DNA from: Penicillus capitatus
Taxonomy: Eukaryota; Plantae; Chlorophyta
DNA: 64,000 nucleotides
Assembly (NCBI GenBank): GCA_965649825.1
Contig: OZ287705.1
Coordinates: 569,978-633,977 of the forward strand
Reading direction: 5' to 3'
Shown: positions 34,874 through 45,755 of the stretch, piece by piece
Layout: every line of letters starts with the position of its first letter
How positions within the stretch are numbered: the first letter of the stretch is position 1
Notes under the pieces: model-generated
Databases searched by the model: none
Told to the model about the DNA's origin: nothing
What the model saw: the letters and a program-made list of their open reading frames with translations, nothing else
Program-made: the position numbers and the translations under genes

Positions 34874-35902
34874 CAGTCCAATCAGCCGACATGTCATCTC
34901 ATCTGTCGCCATCGCGCCTCCTCAGTCCAGTCAGCCGGCGGGTCATCTCATCTGTCGCCATCAATCCTCGAGAGTCCAGTCAGCCGGCGGGTCATCTCAT
35001 CTGTCGCCATCGCGCCTCCTCAGTCCAGTCAGCCGGCGGGTCATCTCATCTGTCGCCATCAATCCTCGAGAGTCCAGTCAGCCGGCGGGTCATCTCATCT
35101 GTCGCCATTGCGCCTCGAGAGTCCAGTCAGCCGACCTGTCATCTCATCTGTCGCCATCAATCCTCGAGAGTCCAGTCAGCCGGCGGGTCATCTCATCTGT
35201 CGCCATTGCGCCTCGAGAGTCCAGTCAGCCGACCTGTCATCTCATCTGTCGCCATCGCGCCTCCTCAGTCCAGTCAGCCGGCGGGTCATCTCATCTGTCG
35301 CCATCAATCCTCGAGAGTCCAGTCAGCCGGCGGGTCATCTCATCTGTCGCCATCGCGCCTCCTCAGTCCAGTCAGCCGACCTGTCATCTCATCTGTCGCC
35401 ATCAATCCTCGAGAGTCCAGTCAGCCGGCGGGTCATCTCGCCAGTTACCATCGCGCCTCCTCAGTCCAGTCAGCCGGCGGGTCATCTCGCCAGTTACCAT
35501 CGCGCCTCCTCAGTCCAGTCAGCCGGCGGGTCATCTCGCCAGTTACCATCGCGCCTCCTCAGTCCAGTCAGCCGGCGGGTCATCTCATCTGTCGCCATTG
35601 CGCCTCGAGAGTCCAGTCAGCCGACCTGTCATCTCATCTGTCGCCATCAATCCTCGAGAGTCCAGTCAGCCGGCGGGTCATCTCATCTGTCGCCATTGCG
35701 CCTCGAGAGTCCAGTCAGCCGACCTGTCATCTCATCTGTCGCCATCAATCCTCGAGAGTCCAGTCAGCCGGCGGGTCATCTCATCTGTCGCCATCGCGCC
35801 TCGAGAGTCCAGTCAGCCGGCGGGTCATCTCGCCAGTTACCATCGCGCCTCCTCAGTCCAGTCCGCCGGCGGGGTTCACATCGCCAGTCGCTTTCGCGCC
35901 TT
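34874..35902. repeat. 49-bp minisatellite, 21 tandem units with a few interchangeable sub-blocks
   Basis: Consensus (C/G)AGTCCAGTCAG-CCGGCGGG-TCATCTCATCTGTCGCC-ATCGCGCCTCCT, with unit starts every 49 bp (34874, 34923, 34972, 35021...). The last unit is degenerate. Confidence 0.95.
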
Positions 35903-36679
35903 TGTCCTTGTCTTCGATTCTGTAAGGCGAATTTTTCGCAATTTTGTTCTGCGTGCAGAACGACGACCGCCTCAGGCAGCATCGATTCAGTTGACGATCT
36001 CCGCCGGTGAAGGTTGTTGGAGTGCACTCGGAACGCACTTGAGTCGGCGACGGCCACGAATGCTCGGAGACTTCGGGTGGATCTTGGCGTGAGTAATGTA
36101 TTTAGTCGCGTCGCTTCCGGTTTGTCCTTTCGGCGACGTCGTCGTAGTCAAAATCGATTCGCACACAAGTCGCAACGTTTCCAGCGTTCGCCGTTCTCAG
36201 AACGTCTCCCCTTCAAGTGCTTTCCAAGTCTGCAGTTCAAGTATCTCTTGCTGCTGGCGACGGTCATCTTTGTCTCTGAGTTTCTACGACGTTCATCCGT
36301 GGACTGAATAGCAAGGCTAGCGGTTTTACATTTACGCCGCGTTCTGCATCACGACCGACAGCGGGAAGCGCTTTGTTCAGTCGCAGGATTGAACGTCTCA
36401 TTGAACGAGCGGCTGCGTCTCGACAGCGATTTGCAGAGTTGCGTCTGAGGAGACGCTGCTGGCTGGCGAACGGACAAGGTTAGCAGCAGCGATGTGAACG
36501 AGTCTGTCCGGACACCGTCGCATACCGCTGCAAAGGGGGCAGCTGCAAAGAACGGCTCCGTCTCTAGATCAATTCGGCAAAACGTCAATTAAATGCTTCG
36601 ATTCGAACCGCCTGTTTGCGAGCACGGGAAACGGAGTTCCAACTTCGGCGTCGTGTTCTCCTTTTGTGTTCGAAAGAAC

Positions 36680-37724
36680 ATGAACAAGCGTGCCGTTCTC
36701 CGCGCGTGGCTTCTGTTCCTTCTTGTCCTTCGCTCGGCATCCGCCAGTCACGGTGAAGCCGAAAAGCCATCCCACGACTGGACCAAGCTTCTCGACGTAG
36801 AAGGGCCAAAGCTGTCCGCGGAAGAGCAGAACGGCGAGTCGGATGAGGGTTTCCCCCGACAGCTGCGAACGCAGCTCCCCTTCGAGGGAGGTGCGAAGCA
36901 CCCTGTGCTCAAGAACGGCCTAAGGACAAAGCTTCACGAGGCGGCTCGGGATGGAAGCCTGAAGGACGTGAAAGCAAGTACCGACGCGTGAGCGCGCGGC
37001 GTTGGGAAAGTGATTCCTGCGATGAAGGCCCTGCTCGACGAGGGAGCCAACATCGAAGCGACGGACGACTCGGGAAGGACGCCTCTCTTTGATGCAGCAG
37101 CGTCTGGAGACGCGGAGGTGGTGCAGGTCCGTCTCCAAGTGCGAAATGGTTTTCCGAGTGTAACCACGTCTTGCAGGTTCTGCTCGATGCCGGCGCCAAT
37201 ATCGAAGCGGCGGACGGCGATCGGATGACGCCGCTCCACGTCGCGATCGTGTCTGGGAATGCGGAGGCGGTGAAGGTGAGCGTCGATGTGTGAGAGGACA
37301 TGCCAGATGCACATGTCTTGGAGATGCTGCTCGACGTTGGGGCAGACTTTGGAGCGACAGATGCGGCAGGACTGACGCCGCTTCATTACGCAGCGGCAAC
37401 TGGACGCGTGGAGATTGTTCAGGTGAGACGTTCGATCGGCTGTCCGGTGCTGAGCGGTGAAGGCTACCATCACAGGCTCTGCTCGAGGCGGGTGCATCCA
37501 AGGATGCGGAGGACGTCTATGGGAGGACGCCGTACGACGATGTGTGTACCTACAGCGAGGCGGATTGCTCTGGAGACATCCAGTTGGATCTCCTGTCCCT
37601 GCTGGCTGCCGATGACGACGGCGGCCTCAGTGGTTTCTGGATAACGGTGATCATTGTCTGTTGCGCGATCTTCCTCGTCTTCTTGGCAATCCTTCCGCTG
37701 CTGGCACACGGCGTCAAGGAATGA
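36680..37724 (+). CDS. Membrane-anchored ankyrin-repeat protein A7
   Basis: MNKRAVLRAWLLFLLVLRSASASH, N-cap RTKLHEAARDG and three internal repeat exons. C-cap PYDDVCTYSEADCSG, then hydrophobic FWITVIIVCCAIFLVFLAILPLL-AHGVKE-TGA. GC-AG intron (AAA|GCAAGT). Confidence 0.87.
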
Positions 37725-40549
37725 TCTCGCATCGGGCGGGCAACGTTGACACACTCTACGTTCTGAACAAGACTGTCTGGATTGCCTCGGGAAGCGATGT
37801 TAAGTGAATCTGAATGTGAAAGGAGAAGACGTTGTGTGTAAGAGAGACATCGGTGTGGGTCAGTTGTTCTGTAGCGTCGCCTTACATTCGTTCGCTTGAC
37901 GTCTTGGAGCCGGCGTGAGGTGGTTTTCATGTGTGGATCACACGAAGCCAGCCAGCCTATGTCAGACGTCGCATCCAAATACTGTGCCTCACAGAACGTC
38001 TCTTGAACTGCAGAAATCGTCAGGGATGGGCGTGCTCTGTCTCGGATCGTCTGTGGATGCTCCCGATGTCGGATCTGATTCTCGATGGCGGCTGTATCTG
38101 CAGTGCGGAAGACTTGCTATTGCATTATGGCTCGATCATGTCGCCACTTCCTTGCTCACCTATTTGTCTCGATTCTCTCCTTCCCTGTCCGACTTTCTCA
38201 CTTCTGGCGACGCCGGACGGCTCTGCAGAGCACGGCAGCTATCCATCTGAGCACTGATGAATGGAAAAGACTTCAGACGATGTGAGTGTGACGGATGGGA
38301 CGTTCGTGCTCAAAAAGCTCTCCATTGACCGATGTGTCGCTTCGATTTCTGTGAGCGTTTTTTGCGATGTCAACGTCGTTCTCGACCATCGGACAACAAC
38401 GAGAGTTGCATCGTTATGCCCTCTAGGGTGTTCCTAAGTTCGCGTTACCTTCGCTTTCTATCTCGCCGTGAGCTGAGAGACGAGTTCTCAATCTCTCGCT
38501 TCCTGAAGATGATCGCCATCGCGGAGGCTGCGTTCGACCTGTCGTTCTGACGGGTCAACACTATAAAGAAGAAGAAGAAGTCGCGTTTCGACGTTGTCGC
38601 GAATGAGTGTTGCCGCACTGCGGTCTCAAGCTTCAACTCATAAGATATTGCTTCTCTTTCGCGGTCTTTGTCTCGACTGCTGAGACTCCTAAGAAAGGAA
38701 GGATGGTAAACATATCAAATGACGTCGCATGACGATGCCCACCTTCTCTATCGGTGCAACCTGTGGCTCTGCATCGAGTGCGTTCAACTTAAAGTAGTCG
38801 ATGTTGTCTAACCATGTCGATCTATTAACACTATCTAATCTGCTGTTCTTTAATTGAAACAACAAGGCTTGCCTCGACTGGATCCAATGCGCAAAGGAGT
38901 AAGACAGTCTACCTGTTACTGGTGCTTCGCCGTGTGGTAATTTCTGCCTTGCGCTACTGCATAACGATCTTCTCTTGAAATTCAACTGGGGATGTTAGGA
39001 AGGCTCTCTTCCACTCTTTAAGCCCTCATTTCTTAGCATAAGGCTGCACTTCTCTGCAGAACCATATCCAGATCGGATACTGTCGGCTTGTTTTCTGGCA
39101 AGATCGCATCTTTAGTCGTTGGCAGCGTCCTTGTCTGTTAATCCACTTCCACATTCATCGCAATCTTCTAGGTCATTTCAACGTCGTTTGCTTTGTCAGT
39201 AGTTCTGTTCTCGACCCGTGTTCATGTAAACGACGTAAGTATACTAAAACAAACGATACTTAAGCATCTGCTTTGCAGTTCACCTTCCTCGAGGATACAC
39301 TTACGCATATCAATTAGGAAAAACAAGACAGTCACACAGAGTGATCGTATTTAAGATTCTCGCGTCATGCTACGATTGATCAGTTATTTTACCTTTTCGT
39401 AAGGGCACCTCCCTCTCCAATAGATCTACAGTGGCGAATCGGAATCGCCTTTGTCCGTGCTAAGGCTAGTGACACTGGTTTTGATAATGTTCCTCTCCTC
39501 GGCATAGTTCGAATTCAGGCGAAGCATCAATGATCGTTCTCAGATCCCCAAACGCGTGTCCGGCGCCTTTCTTCGCGTCCACCGGCGACATAAGATTCTG
39601 CCGCTTCTCTCGTTCGGCTCAATAGGCATCCCGTTATGCTTCTGGCAGTTCGATTCTAACGCTAAGCAAAGCACATTTAGACTGAAGATGAAACAGGCAG
39701 GTCTTAATTTCGACCCGACACTCGTCCTTGGCCGGCTAGACAAGCCCGTTCTCTTTAGCTAAATTGGTCGAACGTCTTGGGAATTGGTTCTTGTTCTCTC
39801 TACCTTCTCCGACGCTTTGCATGACACCACATCAATGTCTTTTCGAGATCTGTCGCATCATCGCGGGATATAACCTGCGGCGATGACACAGGTATTCGAC
39901 CGCTAAACTCATAAGACCGGAACGCTTAGTTTTTTTAATCATGTCAAATATGAGTGCGCATAAAGGACGTCGCAGCTGCTAAATGCAGTTCTCGTTGGTA
40001 AGGACTTGCGTAACGTCGACAAATACAAAAAATGGACGCTCTTCCAAGACTCTCCTCGCTTGCTTAATCAATCCTGCTTTACTGCACAAGCATGCATCTC
40101 GACATCAATGGCCTTTGCATTCTGGGCCGTACCTGTACAAAATTTCTTCACTCTCCCATCAGATGAGATCTCCTGCACCGTGAAAGCAAATGCGCAATTC
40201 CGCCGACTCCATAATACGTCTTGCCATCTCGTGTTCCTTCTTGCTTCGCACGTAGCATTGTATGACGTCACGGTTCTTTAAAAGAAGGGATTGATGACAT
40301 ACTTAGGCATGGCTTCGTCTCTAAAAACCAGACATCCCCAAGTTTAATGCAGCGGACACCGATTCCGATCTCTAAAACGCACTTTTCTAGCAGCGCAATG
40401 CTTCCTCATCAGAGAGGAAATGCCGTTTTTTGGCAATGATGTTCTGCAAATCTGCCCTTTCGTGTTAAAACTTCGCATTCTTTTATACACAGTCGTATGA
40501 TATGGATCTTTGAGTAAAGAGTGACTTACCGAACGACGTCGTTCTTGTC

Positions 40550-42028
40550 ACAAAGACGGCGGGTCGCGTTTGGCGTTTTTGCGCGTTTCTTCAGGAACGC
40601 GGTCGAATTCTTCGAGGTCGAATGGATGCCGTCTTATTTCTTCCGTAGGGGGTTCTCCGTTTTCTGGACTTGGCAGTGCAAAGCCTTCCGTCGTCTTTGG
40701 ATCACTTCGTCGCAGCTTTCCTGCCATTCTCGCATCTAAACGCCCAAAATGCACAAACATACTACAGCCGTATTCGACGATTGCTACGGCATCGTCTACG
40801 GCGCCACGACGGAATAGCTTCTGCGAGATTGCCAGAACGACTAGATATGCGTAGACTCCGGTTGCAGACGCAGCTATCTGGAGGGAGACGGAAGAGGAGT
40901 GCGCGTCCGTCCGTGCACGTTATGGTCTCTGTCGCGAGAAGACTAAAAGATAAACTGGAATTCTCACCTTCTGTCCATAGACTGGAGAGAGAGGTATGCA
41001 GAGCATCAAGACTTTCTCGCAGTTCACAAAGTCTGCTATTTGTGCTTCGAGTGTGCTTGAACGATGGATGGGATCATGTTCAGGAACGATGTGTCTGGTG
41101 CAACCAACATTCACCAGTTGGGACGATTACCTTCAAAGGGTAGCAGAAACCACTGAAAGCGCGAGTGTTGCTGCGCCAGTGGCAGACCATCGCGTTAGAT
41201 GATAAAGAATGTCTTCATCTCGGTGAGGGACCGCTCTGGCGTTACCAAAGATGGCATACTGCTCGCTTCGATGCTGGATCTCGTGTGGGAGACGGACCGC
41301 ATTCTCGGCACTGGATCACGAGTGACGTTGGCGCACAACTCAGTAAAGGGACAGTTTCGACGTTGTAGATCATAAGCAATGCGTCTATCTCCTCGCGGGA
41401 ACAGGATGTCTTGGTTATCGGAAGCACATGTTTGCTGCACTGTGATGATCCGTTCAGCACAGAGTAATGCTGATCACCTGAAGCAGATTCCTCCAGGACA
41501 TATAAAGCTGTCTACTGCATACTGCCATGATCCCGTTTCAATCCAAAAGGCCGTCAGTCTGAACGCCTTCTCAGTCCCTCAGCACTCCAGACTTCGTAAT
41601 GTTGTACTTCAACATTCACAGTGAATTCGCAGTTTTGCTGTGCTGTCAGCGACCTTCGGCAGAGACCATTCGTATATCCGCGTCATCGAAACGTCAGCGT
41701 GGCACAAAACGGCCGACGACGGATAGAAGAACAAAGAGACGCCACTCGAGCGTCCTGCAAAACAAAGTCTTGCCGTCACAGGACCAACACTCTCTGACGC
41801 ATAGAGTCTCTCCACCCTCCTTGCAGAGCGCCTGTCGCTCGCAGCACCTCGAAACAGAAACAGCCTGCCACGGAAGGCAGCTTCATGGAAAACGTCGGCG
41901 CGGAACCGTCGAAGGAATAAAGTCCGTCCGCCGCGGCGATTCTTCATTCGCCAATCGCACGTTTAGAAAACAGACAAACTGTCTATCGACCTTTACGAAG
42001 AAGAACTCTCTGCGCTGTCGAAGAAAGC
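40550..42028. repeat. Segmental duplicate upstream of A8 (paralogous to 15850-17230)
   Basis: Colinear similarity to the region upstream of A2. The proximal ~400 bp also match the upstream regions of A1 and A6. Confidence 0.75.
41910..41952 (+). promoter_or_regulatory. Putative core promoter of ankyrin gene A8
   Basis: AATAAA at 41916 and Inr-like A at 41946, 30 bp apart. Confidence 0.55.
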
Positions 42029-43865
42029 ATGAAGCTGGTCACCTTCGGCGTGTGGCTCTGCCTTCTGCTCCTTGTTCCGCGCCAGTCGGCAGGCAGCCGC
42101 GGTACATCCATCCATGCATTTGCGTCGACGGCGATGTCTTGCTGCTCTGCAGACTTCTCTCCCGACGACGCGTCCGCCAACTCCGTCCCGTCGAAACTCT
42201 CGGTAAGGCTCCTGTTGCATCGACATTGCAATTAACGTCGGTTCCGATGGCCCCTCTGCAGAACGCAGACGACACGCGTCATGGAGGTAACGCGACACGC
42301 ACGCATGTTCCTTGCGCGAGCGACTGTCTCTTTGTAGAAATCTACTACGCCGAAGCGTCAGACCGAGACTTCAAACAAGTAAATGACCTACAGTTAACGG
42401 CGCAGAACACCATCGCGGTGTCTTTGTGTAGGGCGATGACGCGACGCAGAAAACTTACCAGGTAGAATGACGTCAAACGACGCAACGCTATTAATCGTTG
42501 TCACTCTCTAAGGGAGAGCCCAACCGTGGGACAGCCAATTGGCATGTCGGCGTTAACAAACAAACTCGGCTTCATTCGGCAGCCAGGGATGGAAAAGCAA
42601 AACTCGTAAAGGTGTGAACGCGTCGAACGTAATTCACGCGCTTGACACTGCCGAACGTAGGACCTGCTTGACAAAGGCGCAGATATCGAAGCCAAGGACG
42701 AGCACGGCCGGACTGCTCTTCACTTGGCAGCAGTGTCCGGAGAGGTTGAAGTCGTAAAGGTCGGTCTGTCGATGATCTTCTGCCATCTCGCGAGGAGTGC
42801 CCTGTCGTTGCGCAGATCCTCCTCGACCGAGGCGCAAACATCAAGGCGCAGTGGAGCGACGGTTCCACTCCGCTTCATTTCGCTGCACGGGATGGAATGG
42901 TTGAAGCGATCAAGGTTCGTCGACGCCGTTCCTGCTGTCTTGTAAGAAATGGACGTCGGTATAGCTTCTCCTTGACCGAGGCGCCGACATCGAGGCGACG
43001 GATAACGACGGAATGACTCCACTGCAGTACGCAGTTCGGAGCGGAAACGTCGAAGCGATCAAGGTTCCTCGACGCCGTTCCTTGCTGTCTTATAAGGAAC
43101 GGACTTTGATGTAGCTTCTCCTTGACAGAGGCGCAGACATCGAGGCGTCGGATGATAGAGGAGTGGCTCCACTGCATACCGCAGTGTCGTGCGGAGACGT
43201 ATACATTGAAGTCGTGAAAGTTCGTCAACGCAATCCTTTCCTGCTTCGTGAGGAAATGGCCTTCGACGCAGTTTCTTCTCGACAGAGGCGCGGATGTCAA
43301 CGCGAGAGATAACGAAAGAGGAACTTCACTGCATACAGCCGTCGTCTTCGGATTCATTGAAGTTATGAAGGTCTGTCGACGCAGCTAACTCTTTGCTGTT
43401 TCGCGAGGAAAGGCCGTCGGCGCAGGTCCTCCTCGACAGAGGTGCAAACACCGAGGCGAAGATGCGTGACGGCGGCTCTACTCCGCTTTTCCTCGCAGTA
43501 CAGTTAGGAACATGTAAATCTATAAAGGTCTGTCGACTGAACCCTCTACGGATGCGTGAGGAATGGCCGCCGACGCAGGTCCTCCTCGACAGAGGCGCAA
43601 ACGTCAATGCGGCGAACAGAGCCGGTTGGACTTCACTTCACGCAGTAGCATGCCTTGGCTCGGTCAAAAGAGCAAAGGTATGTCGCAGACTTGCACAGAT
43701 CCTGGTTGTAGCTGTCCTATGACACAGATACTGCTTGATGGTGGTGCGTCCAAGACGGTTAAGAACAAAGACGGTCATACTCCGTATGATCTCATATGTA
43801 CGGATAAGTATGCTACTTGTTCTGCGAGTGCCCGATCTAAGCTCGAGTTCTTGTTGTCTTTATGA
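42029..43865 (+). CDS. Secreted-type ankyrin-repeat protein A8 (7 internal repeat exons)
   Basis: Signal peptide MKLVTFGVWLCLLLLVPRQSAGSR and a micro-exon leader. Exons such as DLLDKGADIEAKDEHGRTALHLAAVSGEVEVVK. C-cap HTPYDLICTDKYATCSASARSKLEFLLSL-TGA. Confidence 0.9.
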
Positions 43866-44100
43866 AGAGCGCACGATTCATGGCGTTTCAATCACGCCCA
43901 TCCTGTCGTTTTTATCCTTGGTCTGGCATCTTAGTGTCAGACATGTTCTAGTGTCTTACCTTGATGGTGCTGTACATAAAGCACCATCTCAACTTGCAAC
44001 TCTGAATGAAGGTGTTTAATGATTGAAGTGCGTTGTGCGACGCATCGTTTCGCATCGGATGCGGCTGCTGTAGACAGACGGCTCAGTTTTGACCGCCTTG
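43866..44100 (+). repeat. Conserved ankyrin-gene 3' flank, perfect 9-bp-stem hairpin at 43963-43988
   Basis: GATGGTGCT-GTACATAA-AGCACCATC. Confidence 0.75.
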
Positions 44101-44417
44101 AAGCTCGTCTCGTCCTGTTCGTGAGCGGTAGGAGTGACGCGACGCTAAGGGAATGTTGCCGCCAAATTTGCAGACAGTCAGTTCTACACCGAACGCGGCT
44201 CTACTAAAGCGAGGTTAACTTTTTTGCGCATACATCGCGCTGCAGACAGTTGTGAAACGTGTAAAGGGAACGGCATTTTACACTCGATCGTCCTGTGAAA
44301 GAATAGGATGACGAGATAATGAAAGGGCTACGAATGCATTCGCCGAACAGTCGAGCGTCCCTAAAAGCGCTAACGCGGAAAAATATGATCTGACAGGCCT
44401 GCACGAATGGAGGCGAT

Positions 44418-44620
44418 TTGCAAGGCACAAGCGCACAGACTGAGGCGGTGGACGTCAATGGACGCACCGCTCTGTTCTACGCAGCGCGATTTGCACAAAT
44501 GGAGATTGCAGAGGTAAGAAACTTGATCCGATCAGTCCTGTGTGCGAATGATGCTACGCCAGTTTCTGTTGGACGCGCTAGCGCGTCCAAACGGTGGAGG
44601 ATGACATCGAAATCACACAC
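44418..44620 (+). pseudogene. Orphan ankyrin exon remnants
   Basis: LQGTSAQTEAVDVNGRTALFYAARFAQMEIAE|GTAAG donor, then a degenerate FLLDA exon that ends in a stop. Confidence 0.6.
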
Positions 44621-45755
44621 ATCACCGAATATGCGAATCGCGTCTCTGGGCGCAACGCATCTTCCTCTGACGTCCGTGATCGCCTGGCTGTCGTCAGAGA
44701 TACAGGATGGAACTCGGGCTAGCAGCGGTGCATGGCGGCTGATGTTCAATTGCACATCTGAAACATTGAACGTCACATCGCAGACGTGTGTGGATCTCAC
44801 GCCCGTTCGTCGATATGCACGACGTGCCCACGGCGACACTGCGGATTGCTGCTCTACACGAACAACATCCAGACAGTGCGTCTGCCAGAGCCACCTTCAT
44901 AAGTCGCGAGCTGCCTTCGGACGCACTAAGGGCTTCTGCTATTTCGAGTTTCCAAGCCAGTATGTGCCGTACGACGTTGAAGGATTACTGACTGGACCAT
45001 CCAACGCATGCAACAGCGCATTCAGCCTGCTTCCAGAAAGCCGAACGCCTTGCTGGTTTCGTCTTAACGCTTTTCTCCTGCGACCGCGCCTGTCGCGCAC
45101 AAGTCCTTTCACCTGTAACTCGGCGCTCTAAGCTGGCACGCAGATTGTCTCGTTGAACCGTCTGCTGCCAGCCAACAGCGGAGGAGACGCATGTGTGACA
45201 CGGACAAGGGTCCTATCGTCGAGTGGAGATCATCTAGAGCATACCCGCTATGCTTCGCTCAGTGTACGCCGTACGACAAAGTTTGAAAGTTTCTTATTAT
45301 CCTGATGTCTTTTCATGAACTCAAGATGCGCATTGTGCACATTCTCTAAGCAATCCCAAGGCAGCATCGTCCCACCGGCAAATGCGCTCTGCGCTCCGAG
45401 AACCGAAAAGCAGAGAAGAAAGAGAATGGCACAGAGTCGGACGAAACGGGATCGATGACGTCATGCAGCGCGTGAAGACGACAGTCAGCTATGCGGATGG
45501 ACAGATGATTGATTTGGTTCAGCGTCGCATGTTGGCTTTTCAGCTCTCGAAGATGGTCCGACGAGAAAACGCTGCGATTCTGCACACCGATACCTCTCTA
45601 GGTACGTTGCTGCGCTTAGTGTTCAATTTCTGCAAGGACGGTGCGCCTCGACAGGCTCTGGCGAAAGTTCGTTCGTTCGTCCGAGGCAAAAAAAGATCGG
45701 CCAAACGATGCCGTCCTCAGCGCGGCGTCGCCCAGCGAGTGTCTTGCGCCTCTCC

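Noticed and set aside
34874-35902. CRISPR array
   Set aside because: Units are contiguous 49-mers with only a few recurring variants. There are no unique spacers and no cas genes, and the context is eukaryotic.
34289-36092. 573-aa, 344-aa and 164-aa ORFs as genes
   Set aside because: They are explained by the stop-free minisatellite read in all three frames. No domain or splice evidence; kept only as a caveat in the findings.
38650-39180. TAA/TAG=Gln recoding (a minus frame reads plausibly if stops are Gln), or a gag remnant (EWKRAFL..ARQKL) in another frame
   Set aside because: TAA and TAG terminate intact genes here (297, 825, 2673, 28832). The gag-like similarity is too short, with no LTR, protease or RT nearby.
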